From Patescibacteria group bacterium (GTDB taxonomy: Bacteria; Patescibacteriota; Minisyncoccia; Phycocordibacterales; Phycocordibacteraceae), in contig JBBTSZ010000002.1 of the NCBI GenBank assembly GCA_038064495.1, forward strand, positions 480,002-544,001: a stretch of DNA of 64,000 nucleotides, read 5' to 3'. Numbering within the stretch: the first letter of the stretch is position 1; the number at the start of each line of letters is the position of its first letter. Made by a program: the position numbers and the translations under genes. The notes under the pieces are model-generated. The model searched no databases. It was not told the origin of the DNA and saw nothing but the letters and a program-made list of their open reading frames with translations. Shown here one piece after another: positions 19,377 through 30,900 of this stretch.

Positions 19377-19538
19377 GGTTTGCGTTTCGGGAGACTAAAC
19401 TGGAAGCAGCCGAAGGCTAGGGAGCGACTGAGAGTAATAGCTGACCGATGCTGCCGAGTGGCAGTATTACTTGATTCGGAGCGGCCATAGCCTTCGTGTC
19501 GCCCTGGAATGCCGAGGCTGTCTCCCGAAACGCAAACC
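19377..19538 (+). ncRNA. Structured element closed by a perfect 19-bp inverted repeat (candidate ncRNA or MITE-like element; strand uncertain)
   Basis: ggtttgcgtttcgggagac ... gtctcccgaaacgcaaacc, with further nested pairings (cgaaggcta/tagccttcg, ctgcc/ggcag). Confidence 0.35.
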
Positions 19539-19572
19539 AAAAGAACTTAGGCGTGCTAACGCCGGTTAAAGC

Positions 19573-19600
19573 AAAAAACACCCTGGGAGGGTATTTTTTG
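19573..19600. terminator. Bidirectional intrinsic terminator
   Basis: aaaaaacaccctgggagggtatttttt. Confidence 0.6.
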
Positions 19601-19607
19601 GTCGTCG

Positions 19608-20111
19608 CTATAGCAATTTGTCCTGAAAACTGCCGATTGCATCAAGCAGTTTGTTGGTTCGATTTTCGTTCAGGGCCATAATGTTTTTCCCTTCTTCGAT
19701 AACCTCTCTCTTAATGCATCCATCCATGAAGTCAGTGAAGAGTCTGAAGTCTTGTTCTTTAATGAATCCAGGAAATTGCTCAAATAAAGATCTGATATTG
19801 TCGCGATGCTCTATCCACTTAATGGTAAGAGGTGACATATGCTTTTGCATTAGATCAATCCTTACTTCAACATTCCTCCATTCTTCGATATCCTTTGAAA
19901 CTTCTTCTCGATTTTCTACTAACAACTTCATCACTAGGAGATGGAACTTGAGTGGGCCATAGAGCTTTTCATAACGCATATCCTCTCTGGTGCGATCTGA
20001 TAGGCGCCAGCTAATAACTCCAGAGAATAATGCAGACAAAAGACTTGAGCCAAGAATGATAGTGGCGATTGCCGTCCAAGGAATACCCTGAAGCAGAGTT
20101 GTGGTCTCCAT
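19608..20111 (-). CDS. Hypothetical N-terminally anchored protein
   Basis: Low-GC ORF of 167 aa with an N-terminal TM helix. Confidence 0.45.
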   Translation of the reverse strand: METTTLLQGIPWTAIATIILGSSLLSALFSGVISWRLSDRTREDMRYEKLYGPLKFHLLVMKLLVENREEVSKDIEEWRNVEVRIDLMQKHMSPLTIKWIEHRDNIRSLFEQFPGFIKEQDFRLFTDFMDGCIKREVIEEGKNIMALNENRTNKLLDAIGSFQDKLL

Positions 20112-20123
20112 TGAAATCCTTTA

Positions 20124-21515
20124 TTAATAACTCTTCAAACGTCGGGACTTATCATGAGTTCGAATCTTCTCAAGCGCCTTTGCCTCGATTTGGCGAATAC
20201 GTTCCCTCGTCACCCCAAACTCTTTCCCTACCTCCTCAAGCGTATGGTACACACCGTCCAAAAGGCCGTGGCGCATTTCTAGAATCTTACGCTCCTTTGG
20301 TGAAAGGTCATCAAGAATGTCCCGAACCTGCTCACCAAGAATGCGCTCTGAAGACTCCTGCACTGGCGACGGAATTTTGTCGTCTGCAATAAAGTCACCA
20401 AGCGTGGACTTCTCATCATCATCACTACCGATAGGGTTCTCAAGCGAGAGTGTATCCTGATTGATTTTCTCAATCTGGTAAATCTTATCTACTTCAACAC
20501 CCATTTCAACCGCAATCTCCTCTGGCTGAGGATCACGTCCAAGGGCCTGAGCAAGACGACGACTCACCTGCTTATATTTTGCAATGGTTTCCACCATGTG
20601 CACGGGGATACGAATGGTGCGGGACTGGTCTGCGAGCGCACGAGTGATGGCCTGGCGAATCCACCAGGTCGCATAGGTTGAGAACTTGTACCCTTTCTTC
20701 CAGTCGAACTTGTCCACGGCCTTGAAGAGACCGAGATTTCCTTCCTGAATAAGGTCCAAAAGCGTAAGGTCCGGAGAGCGACCCACATACTTCTTTGCGA
20801 TAGATACCACGAGGCGGAGGTTGGAACGGGCAAGAATGTTGCGTGCTTCATCGTCACCAGCATCAATGCGCTTTGCAAGCTCGCGCTCTTCTGATGCAGT
20901 TAGGAGTGGATACTGACCAATTTCACGAAGATAAATCTGAATGGAGTCGTAGCTGGAAGAATCACGACCCTTGATGTTACGGGTTGCTAGGTACTGGTCA
21001 GCATTGTCTTCAAGCATGCCGCCCTCAAGGATGTCGATGCCGGCAACCGTAAAGCGTTCATAGAGTTCGTCCAAAAACTGCACGTCGTCTTCAACGTGTG
21101 GGAACTCTTTCAAAATCTCGCTGTAGGTAACGTAGCCACGTGTCTTACCCTTTTGGATAAGAAGCTCTGCTTTGTCAGCCTTGCCTGCAGCTGCCTTTGC
21201 TTTTGCTCCTGAGACAGCGGCACGAACAACGGCCTTTGCGCGAGTAGAGACGGACGCCTTTTTAACCGCCTTCTTCGCAGTCTTCTTCGCAACCTTCTTC
21301 GCAACCTTCTTCACCTTCTTTGCTTTCTTGGCCGCCTTCTTCGGTGTCTTCTTAACCGTTTTCTTTACTGCCTTTTTCGCTTTCTTAGGCGCACTCTTCT
21401 TCACCGCTTTCTTCGGCGCTGTTTTCTTCTTCGCACTCTTACCGGCGGTCTTCTTCCCCCTCGTCAGGGACCCAGATGCTTTGACCACCTTTTTAGCCTT
21501 CTTTTTTGTTGCCAT
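20124..21515 (-). CDS. rpoD: RNA polymerase sigma-70 factor RpoD/SigA with lysine/alanine-rich histone-H1-like N-terminal extension
   Basis: Regions 1.2-4 are conserved (IAKKY...[19 protein letters not shown]). The first ~110 aa are KKA/AKK repeats where the acidic region 1.1 would normally be. Confidence 0.9.
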   Translation of the reverse strand: MATKKKAKKVVKASGSLTRGKKTAGKSAKKKTAPKKAVKKSAPKKAKKAVKKTVKKTPKKAAKKAKKVKKVAKKVAKKTAKKAVKKASVSTRAKAVVRAAVSGAKAKAAAGKADKAELLIQKGKTRGYVTYSEILKEFPHVEDDVQFLDELYERFTVAGIDILEGGMLEDNADQYLATRNIKGRDSSSYDSIQIYLREIGQYPLLTASEERELAKRIDAGDDEARNILARSNLRLVVSIAKKYVGRSPDLTLLDLIQEGNLGLFKAVDKFDWKKGYKFSTYATWWIRQAITRALADQSRTIRIPVHMVETIAKYKQVSRRLAQALGRDPQPEEIAVEMGVEVDKIYQIEKINQDTLSLENPIGSDDDEKSTLGDFIADDKIPSPVQESSERILGEQVRDILDDLSPKERKILEMRHGLLDGVYHTLEEVGKEFGVTRERIRQIEAKALEKIRTHDKSRRLKSY

Positions 21516-21557
21516 ACGTATGTTTACTAAATGAAAATAGAGAACGCGCCCTGTGAG

Positions 21558-23240
21558 TTATCCGAGCGTTGCGAGTTTGCGGGAAAGTTCCTGACATTCT
21601 GTTGCAACCTCTTTACTGAGGTCACTGTTGCCTGAAGCTTCGGCAAGTCGGAGGCGATGGGTTGCCTCGTTCAACTTGTCGCTTAACACTATTTTTTCAA
21701 ATGCTCGTAATGAATCGTCTGCTGCCCCTTCCGGAGGCGTCTCCCCGTAGGAAAGTCCCGCCTCAAATAGCCAGCGTTCTTCCGGTGCTGTTTCCGGGAA
21801 CGGTGTGCCGTTAATACGAATATACTCAATTTCTATGCGTTTAGCAAGGTCTGTCGACGGGTAGGAGGCCCAGACAGCGTGTAAAAGTGCTGATTGGCGA
21901 TCCTTGGAATTGAGTGCGCTTGAAGCAACGGAAGGCCGGCCCTGAGCTGGTGCAGACGCCGGTGTTTCCCTTCCGGCTTTCGGGATACTGGCACGGATGG
22001 CGTCGGCGGTGGAGCCAAGCGCACGCGCCACAATACCCACAAAGTGCTCGCGCTCCATCGGGCTTTGAACGGCAGCCACGAGTGGTAGAACGATTTTCTC
22101 AGTCGAAAGCACGAGCTTGTGCTGGTCGAGCCCAGCGCGCGTAAGCACGGCTAGGAAGAATTCCACAATGGACTCCGCGTCAGCAATCAACTTGGTGAGT
22201 GCTTTCGGGTCTTCTTTAGCAATATCTGCTGGGTCTTTTCCAGCGGGCATTTTCACCGCCTTCACTTTCATCCCAGACTGGAGGGCAACGATGGCACTCT
22301 TCTGACTTGCAGCGAGACCGGCGCGGTCACTATCAAGTGCGAGCATGAGATTGTCCGCGTAGCGCTTCATGAGTCCGAGATGTTCCTTGGAGAGCGCGGT
22401 ACCGGAGAGTGCCACGGTGTTGTTGAAGCCAATCTGATGCAACAGCAACAAGTCCATCTGCCCTTCCACGAGAACCGTGAATCCACGGGTACGCACAGCA
22501 TCCTTTGCCTTATCCATACCAAACAAGACTTCGTGCTTTTTGTAGAGCTCGGTTTCAGGACTGTTCAGATATTTTGCTTGGTCGTTTGGATCAAGTGCAC
22601 GCCCGGTGAACGCAACCGTGCGGCCTGCGGAATCCCGAATCGGGAACATGAGGCGGTTACGGAATCGGTCGTACCAGGTGCCCGCCTTCCCGTCTGCTTC
22701 TTTGATAAGACCTGCATCAAGCAGCTCCCGCTGAGTGAAGCCGTCCTTGGTGAGTGTTTCAAGGAGTTCGCGCCAATTGTCGGGAGCATAGCCAATCCCC
22801 CAGTCGTGAATGGTTTGCGGTGTGAGACCACGGGAAAGCGCGTATTCGTATGCCGGAGAATGCTCGGTGAGATTACGAACGTAAAAGGCTTCAGCACGAC
22901 TCATGGCTTCACGGATGCGGTCTAATTTCCCTTTATTCTCTGAACCTCTCCCATCGTAGACAATCTCTACTCCAGCTTTCTCCGCAAGCACCTTGAGAGC
23001 TCCCTTAAAATCCACGCCCTCCATCTTTTCAATGAACGTGAAAATATCTCCACCTTGTGAGGTACTAAAGCAGTAGTAACTGCCACGGTCCACGTTCACA
23101 AAGAATGACGGGGTCTTTTCCTTGGTGAAGGGTGAGAGGCCACGCCAGTATTTGCCACTTTTGGTGAGCTTCACGTAAGGCGATACCACGTCCAAGATGG
23201 AGAGTTTTCCTTTTACTTTCTCTACGGTGTCGGTCGCCAT
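21558..23240 (-). CDS. dnaG: DNA primase DnaG with degenerate zinc-ribbon
   Basis: TOPRIM motifs VLVEGQMD and ALDSDRAG; the N-terminal region aligns to CPFH...CFGCG but reads SPFT...CFSTS. Confidence 0.88.
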   Translation of the reverse strand: MATDTVEKVKGKLSILDVVSPYVKLTKSGKYWRGLSPFTKEKTPSFFVNVDRGSYYCFSTSQGGDIFTFIEKMEGVDFKGALKVLAEKAGVEIVYDGRGSENKGKLDRIREAMSRAEAFYVRNLTEHSPAYEYALSRGLTPQTIHDWGIGYAPDNWRELLETLTKDGFTQRELLDAGLIKEADGKAGTWYDRFRNRLMFPIRDSAGRTVAFTGRALDPNDQAKYLNSPETELYKKHEVLFGMDKAKDAVRTRGFTVLVEGQMDLLLLHQIGFNNTVALSGTALSKEHLGLMKRYADNLMLALDSDRAGLAASQKSAIVALQSGMKVKAVKMPAGKDPADIAKEDPKALTKLIADAESIVEFFLAVLTRAGLDQHKLVLSTEKIVLPLVAAVQSPMEREHFVGIVARALGSTADAIRASIPKAGRETPASAPAQGRPSVASSALNSKDRQSALLHAVWASYPSTDLAKRIEIEYIRINGTPFPETAPEERWLFEAGLSYGETPPEGAADDSLRAFEKIVLSDKLNEATHRLRLAEASGNSDLSKEVATECQELSRKLATLG

Positions 23241-23280
23241 TTCCCTTCAGTTTACTTCTTTACTCGCACTTACCGTAGAC

Positions 23281-23315
23281 TTGACAAATACTCTTAATGG
23301 TGTATTATTATAAAT
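23281..23315 (+). promoter_or_regulatory. Sigma70-like promoter
   Basis: TTGACA-16nt-TATTAT upstream of the small ORF at 23345. Confidence 0.5.
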
Positions 23316-23344
23316 AGGCAATTCCTGCCATTGAGGATAGTTCT

Positions 23345-23608
23345 ATGGAGAAAGTAGAGTATGAAGATTTGAGTGTGGGTCTAGGAATCGTTGCTCTTGT
23401 CAGTGGATGCTTTGGTCTCGTTATTGACCTCATGCTCATCCTGGAATTCTTTGGGCTTCTGGACAGTTCCAATGACTTATACACTGACATGTCCACGACG
23501 GACTACACAATAATCGGTATCGGACTTACCGTCCTCGCTGCAGTCGCACTTCCGCTTTCGATACATCTCGGCAAACTTGCTGATGCATCTGCGGAGAAGC
23601 CGCAATAG
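23345..23608 (+). CDS. Small membrane protein (hypothetical)
   Basis: 87 aa with two TM helices. Confidence 0.4.
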   Translation: MEKVEYEDLSVGLGIVALVSGCFGLVIDLMLILEFFGLLDSSNDLYTDMSTTDYTIIGIGLTVLAAVALPLSIHLGKLADASAEKPQ

Positions 23609-23613
23609 CTTGA

Positions 23614-23668
23614 CCGTCCGAAGGAACCCCCGGAGATATTTCTCTCCCTTCCTTCGGGCGGTTTTTAT
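23614..23668 (+). terminator. Intrinsic terminator
   Basis: Long hairpin ccgtccgaaggaa...ttccttcgggcgg followed by ttttta. Confidence 0.55.
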
Positions 23669-23770
23669 ATTGGGCTGATTTGACTTTCGTGGAAAATAGT
23701 TTATTATGATACTAGCTTAGATCTTTTCATCATGATTTGAGTACGAATTCATCACCACAAGGGGTATCTA

Positions 23771-23977
23771 ATGGTAGTTACACATCAATCAATTCTCACG
23801 GTGCATGAAGCACTAGAGATGGCTCGCATCTCGCTTGTCATATCGTTCGCAGTTTTCATCGTCGTCTTCCTTGTGGAAGTCGCTGAGAAAAGGACCTTGC
23901 GGCGTTCCGCCGATCTTGCACTTATTCCCTTCATTCTTTGTTTCATTATCACGATTGTGGCTCAAATGAACAGATGA
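23771..23977 (+). CDS. Small membrane protein (hypothetical)
   Basis: 68 aa with two TM helices; preceded by TTGACT-16-TATTAT. Confidence 0.35.
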   Translation: MVVTHQSILTVHEALEMARISLVISFAVFIVVFLVEVAEKRTLRRSADLALIPFILCFIITIVAQMNR

Positions 23978-23984
23978 ATCAGCA

Positions 23985-24015
23985 CGGCCCGCCACCATTG
24001 GCGGGCCGTTTTATA
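23985..24015 (+). terminator. Intrinsic terminator
   Basis: cggcccgccaccattggcgggccg followed by ttttat. Confidence 0.7.
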
Positions 24016-24111
24016 TGCAAAACAAAATCCCACGCCTTAGCGCGGGATTTGTTGCTTCTTGCGGAAGCGGAGCCTCCATACTCTATAAGACGAGTTAAAC
24101 TCAAAACTCTT

Positions 24112-24158
24112 ACAAAGAAAACACTCACCGGGTGGTGAGTGTTTTCTTTGTTCTTTGA
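24112..24158. terminator. Bidirectional terminator (serves rpoC on the minus strand)
   Basis: 12-bp perfect stem aaaacactcacc-ggg-tggtgagtgtttt with T/A tracts on both sides. Confidence 0.7.
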
Positions 24159-24188
24159 ATCTGTGAGTGAGGTCTTTAGTCCACGAAC

Positions 24189-27100
24189 CTACGCTTTTGC
24201 TTCTTCTAGAGCACGTTCCGCTGCCAAATCTGCAGCATCGTTCTCAGCAGAGATGCGCGCGCTACGATTCTTCTGCAGTTCCGTAATCGCAATGTGCTTC
24301 TTACTGTCGGCAAAGCCAGTACCAGCAGGGATGAGGCGTCCAAGAATAACGTTCTCCTTCAGACCACGAAGGGTGTCCACGGAGCCCTTAAGAGCTGCGT
24401 TAATGAGAATCTTTGTTGTCTGCTCGAAGGACGCCGCAGAAAGGAATGAGCGACGTGAGAGTGCTGATTCCTTAATACCGAGAACCATCTCGCGTACCTT
24501 CGGTGCAATCTTGCCGTCCTCTTCCATGAGCTTCTTCTCTTCCTCAAACTCCCAGTGTTCAACCACGTCACCCACTGACCACTCAGAGTCTCCAGTGTCC
24601 GTGACTTTCGCGCGACTGAACATCTGCTTCACGATAACTTCAAGGTGCTTACGAGATACGGATGCACCCTGGAGTTCGTAAATCTTAGAAGTCTCAGCAA
24701 TGATGTATTCCTGCACCATGGCGCGACCGGCGTGCTCGAAGAGCTCATCGAGGTCGGCAGAACCGTCCGTGAGAAGCTGGCCCTTTACGACCTTGTCGCC
24801 CACCTTTACGAGTGCCATACGAGGGAAGGGCGCAGTGTATTCCGTTGCGGAACCATCCTTCTTGCCCTGCCCTGCTTCAGGTGTGACGACGAGCACCTTC
24901 TCACGAGCTTCCTCGCGAATGTCGGTAACAAGACCGTCAAACTTGGAGACCACTGCTGGATTCTTTGGTGAGCGCTTCTCAAGCACTTCCTCAACACGAG
25001 GAAGACCTGAGGTAATGTCTCCACCGACGGATGCGGTTCCTCCTGCGTGGAAGGTACGCATCGTGAGCTGCGTACCTGGCTCACCGATAGCCTGAGCTGC
25101 AATCGTACCGACTGCCTCGCCGAGGTCTACCACTTCCTGTGACGTGAGGTCCATGCCGTAACACGCCGCACAGATTCCGTAGCGCGTTTCGCAGGACATT
25201 GGTGAGCGAACCTGGATACTCTGGATGCTTTCCTCAGCTGCAATCGCGCGAGCGTCGTCAGCGATCATGTAATGGTTCTTCTTGAAGGTCTTGCCTCCTG
25301 CCACGACGTCAGCTGAAAGCGTGCGTCCACGAATGGCTTCAGCAAAATCAATCTTGATACCAGAAGCACTGATGCGATTGATTGAGATGCCACGCTTCGT
25401 CGCACAGTCATGCTGCGTGATGATGGAGTCCTGTGCAGTGTCAAACAGACGACGCGTGAGATATCCAGCGCGCGCGGTACCGAGCGCGGTGTCCGTGAGA
25501 CCCTTACGAGCACCGTGAGTACTCATGAAGTATTCAACCGGGTTCAAACCTTCTGTCATGGAAGACACAATCGGCACTTCAATCGTCTCACCGGCAGTGT
25601 TCTGAATGAGTCCCTTCATACCGGCCATCTGCGTCAAGTTTCCGATGGAACCGCGAGCACCCGAGCGCACCATGTCGGCGACTGAACCCATCGGGTCAAG
25701 CGCTTTTTCCACGAGTGTTTCCACCTCGGTCTTCGTGCCGTGCCAGATTTCAATCACCATGCGGCGTTTCTCATCTGCGGAGAGAAGTCCGTCACGGTAA
25801 TCACTTTCAATCTTGTGCACCTTTTCGCGAGCAGCCGTGATGATTTTATCCTTTCCTTCTGGAACGGATACATCGTCCAAACTCCATGAAACACCGGACT
25901 TGGTCGCATACTCAAAGCCGAAGCGCTTAATCTTGTTTACAATTCCCGGAATCGCATCAAGGCCATACTTGATGGTGCTGTCGCTCATGATAGCGGAGAG
26001 CACCTTCTTAGAAATGGCATCGTTCACGTACGGGTAATCAGACGGAAGGACTGTGTTGAACAAGAGACGACCAACCGTGGTCTCAAAGATTTTGCCGTCA
26101 AACTGTGCGTACTTCTCCTTGTCAGCCGTTGGCATGACATGAATCTTTGCGCGGAGGTCTACGGCACGATACTCGTACGCGAGGATGGCTGCGTTTGGTG
26201 ACTGGAAGTACTTTCCTTCGCCAAGCGCTCCTGGCACTTCCTTCGTGAGCCAGTACGTACCAAGAACGATATCAAGTGGCTTCTGGATCATGACAATCAT
26301 TTCTCCTGAACCTGGCTTTAAGATGTTCTTGTTGGCACTCATCACGTTCTTTGCCTCCCACTGTGCTTCGTCAGAAAGTGGTACGTGAATAGCCATCTGG
26401 TCTCCATCGAAGTCTGCGTTGAACGCTGGGCAAACGAGTGGGTGGAGCTGAATCGCGTCTCCTTCAATAAGGCGAGGGCGGAAGGCCTGGATACCCTGAC
26501 GGTGAAGCGTTGGTGCGCGGTTCAAGAGAACGTACTTACCATCAATCGCCTCTTCAAGGATTTCCCATACTTCAGGTACCCCGTCTTCAATCAAGCGACC
26601 TGCGCCGCGGATGTTGAAGGCGAGCTCGCGCTCAAGGAGGCCTGCAATAACGAATGGGCGGAAGAGCTCAAGCGCCATATGCTTTGGAAGACCACACTCG
26701 TCGAGTTCAAGATCAGGACCCACCACAATCACCGAGCGACCGGAATAGTCCACGCGCTTACCGAGGAGGTTCTGGCGGAAGTAACCCTGCTTACCCTTTA
26801 GGTAGTCAGCGAGACTCTTCAAAGGACGACGTTGTGCGGGTGTGAGTGCTCCTGCGTTCGCACCTGACTTTCTAATGGAGTTATCAAGGAGTGCGTCAAC
26901 CGCTTCCTGGAGAATACGTTTCTCGTTGCGAAGAATAACTTCTGGAGCATGAATATCGAGAAGCTTCTTCAGGCGGTTGTTGCGGTTAATCACACGACGA
27001 TAGAGGTCGTTCACGTCGCTGGTTGCATGCCTGCCACCTTCAAGGGCAACCATCGGGCGAAGTGCTGGCGGGATAACCGGAATCTTCGTCATGAACATCC

Positions 27101-27953
27101 ATTCAGGACGCGTCTTTGCGGCAATCATGTTTGAGATGAGTGCGATGCGCTTGGCGAGCTTCTCACGCTCTGCTGCAGGAGCGTTTGGATAACGCTCTTC
27201 ACACTTTGCCTTCAATTCTGGAAGGTCCATCTTGCGGAAGATGTCGTAAATAGCTTCTGCGCCTATCTTTGCCTCAAAGAGAGTTCCGAAACGAACGCTG
27301 AAGCGATGGTACGCAACCTCGTCAAACACGCGACCAACAACCACAGAATCAATCTCCTGCTTTGCGACCGTCATGCGCTCCTTGAGTGCATCACGTTCCT
27401 TGTCGTCATTCAGTGCCTTGTGCTTGGTCTTGTACTCCGTTTCAAGTTCGTTGAGGAGACGCTTCTTGGTGTCTTCCTGTACTTTCGTGACAATGTAGCC
27501 CGCGAAGTAAATAACTTTCTCAAGGTCAGCAGCTGGAACTCCAAGGAGGAGTGCCATACGGCTCGGCATAGAGCGAAGGAACCAGATGTGTGCTACCGGT
27601 GAGACGAGCTCAATGTGGCCCATGCGCTCACGACGAACGATGGAGCGCGTGATTTCCACGCCACATTTGTCACAGGTGATGCCCTTGTAGCGGATACCTT
27701 TGTACTTACCGCAGTAACACTCGTAGTCGCGCTCAGGACCAAAGATCTTTTCATCAAAGAGTCCATGCTTTTCAGAGCGCTGAGTGCGGTAGTTGATGGT
27801 TTCCGGCTTGGTGATTTCACCACGACTCCAACTGAGAATACGCTCAGGAGACGCGAGTGAAAGACGAAGTGCATTCCAGTCTTGGCGCGGGGCGTTGCGG
27901 TGTGCTGCCATACTTGGCATCGACTTCTTTCCGTAGGTGTTTGGTGTAGACAT
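24189..27953 (-). CDS. rpoC: DNA-directed RNA polymerase subunit beta'
   Basis: [14 protein letters not shown] catalytic loop; 1254 aa. Confidence 0.97.
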   Translation of the reverse strand: MSTPNTYGKKSMPSMAAHRNAPRQDWNALRLSLASPERILSWSRGEITKPETINYRTQRSEKHGLFDEKIFGPERDYECYCGKYKGIRYKGITCDKCGVEITRSIVRRERMGHIELVSPVAHIWFLRSMPSRMALLLGVPAADLEKVIYFAGYIVTKVQEDTKKRLLNELETEYKTKHKALNDDKERDALKERMTVAKQEIDSVVVGRVFDEVAYHRFSVRFGTLFEAKIGAEAIYDIFRKMDLPELKAKCEERYPNAPAAEREKLAKRIALISNMIAAKTRPEWMFMTKIPVIPPALRPMVALEGGRHATSDVNDLYRRVINRNNRLKKLLDIHAPEVILRNEKRILQEAVDALLDNSIRKSGANAGALTPAQRRPLKSLADYLKGKQGYFRQNLLGKRVDYSGRSVIVVGPDLELDECGLPKHMALELFRPFVIAGLLERELAFNIRGAGRLIEDGVPEVWEILEEAIDGKYVLLNRAPTLHRQGIQAFRPRLIEGDAIQLHPLVCPAFNADFDGDQMAIHVPLSDEAQWEAKNVMSANKNILKPGSGEMIVMIQKPLDIVLGTYWLTKEVPGALGEGKYFQSPNAAILAYEYRAVDLRAKIHVMPTADKEKYAQFDGKIFETTVGRLLFNTVLPSDYPYVNDAISKKVLSAIMSDSTIKYGLDAIPGIVNKIKRFGFEYATKSGVSWSLDDVSVPEGKDKIITAAREKVHKIESDYRDGLLSADEKRRMVIEIWHGTKTEVETLVEKALDPMGSVADMVRSGARGSIGNLTQMAGMKGLIQNTAGETIEVPIVSSMTEGLNPVEYFMSTHGARKGLTDTALGTARAGYLTRRLFDTAQDSIITQHDCATKRGISINRISASGIKIDFAEAIRGRTLSADVVAGGKTFKKNHYMIADDARAIAAEESIQSIQVRSPMSCETRYGICAACYGMDLTSQEVVDLGEAVGTIAAQAIGEPGTQLTMRTFHAGGTASVGGDITSGLPRVEEVLEKRSPKNPAVVSKFDGLVTDIREEAREKVLVVTPEAGQGKKDGSATEYTAPFPRMALVKVGDKVVKGQLLTDGSADLDELFEHAGRAMVQEYIIAETSKIYELQGASVSRKHLEVIVKQMFSRAKVTDTGDSEWSVGDVVEHWEFEEEKKLMEEDGKIAPKVREMVLGIKESALSRRSFLSAASFEQTTKILINAALKGSVDTLRGLKENVILGRLIPAGTGFADSKKHIAITELQKNRSARISAENDAADLAAERALEEAKA

Positions 27954-27965
27954 AAGAAGAAGAAA

Positions 27966-30900
27966 TTAGATGTCAGCGTCGATCTCCATGTCCATAGGCT
28001 CGATATCAAGCGCAAGACCGCGGATCTGGTTAGTAAGCACCGAGAAGGATGCTGGTGTACCGGCGTGAGATACCGGTTCTCCCTTCACGATGGCATCAAA
28101 GGTCGCCGAGCGGCCCTGGATGTCGTCAGACTTAATAGTGAGCATTTCCCGAAGGGTGTAGGCAGAGCCATATCCAAGGAGCGCCCACACTTCCATTTCT
28201 CCGAAACGCTGACCACCATTCTGTGCCTTTCCGCCAAGCGGCTGCTGGGTGATGAGTGAGTACGGTCCAATGGAGCGCATGTGAATCTTGTCTTCCACCA
28301 TGTGATGGAGTTTCAAGATGTACATGTACCCAACGGATACGGGCTGAGCGAATGCTTCACCTGTGAGACCGTCGTAGAGCTGCATCTTTCCAGAACGATC
28401 AAACCCGGCAAGCTCAAGCTCGTTACGGATTTCGTCAGCGGTAGCTCCTGCAAACGGCGGCACGATGGCCTGATAGTTCAAAGTGTTTGCCGCAAGTCCG
28501 AGGTGCAACTCAAGAATCTGTCCGAGGTTCATACGGCTTGGCACACCGAGTGGAGTGAGAATGAGGTCAATCGGGTTTCCGTCCTTGTCGTACGGCATGT
28601 CTGCGGCAGGAAGTACGCGAGAGATAACTCCTTTGTTACCGTGACGTCCCGCGAGCTTGTCTCCGACTGAGACGTTACGTACCTGTGCAACCGTCACGAC
28701 AATCTTCTTGATGATGCCGGTCTCAAGCTGGTCGCCCTTCTCACGAGAGAAGACGCGAACACCGATAACACGACCGCGTTTCCCTCCTTCCATGCGAAGT
28801 GAGGTGTCCTTCACGTCTTTTGCCTTGTCTCCGAAGATGGAGCGGAGGAGACGCTCTTCAGGCGTGAGCTGGGTCTCACCCTTTGGGGTGACTTTACCAA
28901 CGAGAATGTCGCCGGGTCGCACTTCAGCGCCGATGCGTACCACTCCTTCCTCGTCCAAGTTCTTCAAGCGAAGTTCTCCCACGTTTGGAATGTCGTGCGT
29001 GGTGACTTCCGGTCCAAGCTTGGTGTCGCGAACGGCACACTCAAAGTCTTCAATGTGAACCGTGGTGAACTTAGACTGCTCTACCAAACGCTCAGACACG
29101 ATGATGGCGTCCTCGTAGTTTGCGCCGTTCCAGCTCATGAAGGCAACACGAACGTTCTGTCCGAGTGCCATCTGGCCGTGGTCGGAACTGGATGCGTCAG
29201 CGAGTACATCACCCTTCTTTACCTTGTCTCCCGTGTGAACGGACGGACGCTGGTTAAAGGCTGAGTTTTGGTTGGTCTGGGTGAGGCCCTGGAGCTTGTA
29301 CTCCTTTGCCTTGCCGTCCTTGTTCGTAACGATAATCTTCTGCGCATCAGCATAGGTGACTTCACCTGCTTCAAGCGCCATGACGAGACGTCCCGTGTTT
29401 TTAGCCGCGTGGCCCTCAATACCGGTCGCAACGAGTGGTGCCTCAGGGATGAGGACTGGGGTTGCCTGCTTCTGCATGTTGGAACCCATGAGTGCACGGT
29501 TGGCATCATCATGATCCACGAATGGAATCATGGCGGTTGCTGCGGAGAACATCTGGTAGGTAGACGCGTCCATGAGCGTGATTTCATCGCGCTCCACAAC
29601 GGCTGGTTCACCTCCCTTACGTACTTCAATAGAATCCGGCACAATCTTGCCCTTTGCATCTACTGGCGTAGCTGCGTGTGCAATTGTTTCGGTTTCTTCT
29701 TCAAGTGCGTTCAAGTAACGAACTTCGTCGGTAACCACACCCTTCTTTACAACTGCGTACGGTGTTTCAATCACACCGAATTCGTTCGTGCGAGCATGGA
29801 GTGCGAGACGAAGGATGAGACCAATGTTCTGACCTTCTGGAGTGTGAATTGGGCAGAGGCGTCCGTAGTGGCTTGGATGCACGTCGCGAACTTCAAAACC
29901 TGCGCGCTCACGGGTCAAACCTCCCGGTCCAAGCGCTGACAGCGTGCGCATGTTCTCAAGTTCAGCAAGAATGTTCTGTTGGTCCATGAACTGCGAGAGC
30001 TGGTTTGCGGTGTAGAACTCGCGGACGGAAGCCTGGAACGGACGTGGGTTCACGAAGGCCATTGGAAGCGAGGTTTCGCTTTCAATGGTACTCATGCGGT
30101 CCTGGATGTTGCGCTTCATGCGGCTCATGCCGACACGCATACGAGCCTGCAGGAGCTCACCAACGAAACGAACACGACGGAAACCGAGGTGATCAATATC
30201 ATCTGGGCGTGCATTCGGGTCGGTGTTCAAGCGAGCAATTTCTCCAACGATGCGGATGAGGTCATCGAGTGTAAGGGCACGCTGATTAAGCGACTTGGTG
30301 TCGGTTGGCAGACTAAAGCGAGCATTCAAGCGGTGACGTCCTACCTTTGAGAGGTCGTAGCGCTCAGGCGTGAAGAGGGCGTTCACGTAGCTCTTTGCGT
30401 TGTCTGGGGTCGCGAGGTCGCCGTCGCGCATGCGGCGGTGAATCTCAACAAAGGAATCATCCACACTGGTCGCGGTGTCGTGCGACAGAGTGGTGGTGAT
30501 GGCGTTCGTTGCGATTTCGTTTCCGAGGAACTTCTTCAAAATGTCCTCGCGAGAACCTGCACCCATGATGGTGAGAAGATTGGTGACCGGGAACTTGCGC
30601 TTACGGTCAATCTTCACGTAGATAGCACCGTCTGCTTCTGATTCAATTTCAATCCACACACCACGCGCTGGGATAATCTTTGCACCAAACATCTGCTTTC
30701 CTTTAACTTCTTCACTGATGAAGAAGGCGCCGAAGGAACGAGCGAGCTGAGGCACGATGGCGCGCTCAACGCCAGACACGATGAATGAGCCGTGGGGCGT
30801 CATCATCGGAATGTCTGCAAGGAAGATGTCCTGCGTCTTCTCGGAGCCCATGGTCTTGTTGAGCAAGGTAACGGTTGCCTTTACGGGTGCTTCAAAGGTG

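Noticed and set aside
19395-19420. SRP RNA call based on GGAAGCAGCCGAAGGC
   Set aside because: A 10-16-mer match alone is not enough; the expected adjacent GNRA tetraloop and 5' partner strand are not evident. Kept only as a hypothesis in the findings.
19346-19540. 64-aa minus-strand ORF overlapping the inverted-repeat element
   Set aside because: It lies within a strongly structured region and has no RBS; it is probably spurious.
21180-21470. DNA tandem repeats in the rpoD 5' region as a repeat or CRISPR-like feature
   Set aside because: These are imperfect codon-level repeats encoding the KKA tail, inside a CDS, with no spacer structure.
21172-21534. Plus-strand 120-aa Phe/Ala-rich ORF
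   Set aside because: It is the antisense of the Lys/Ala-rich rpoD N-terminal region; a low-complexity artefact.
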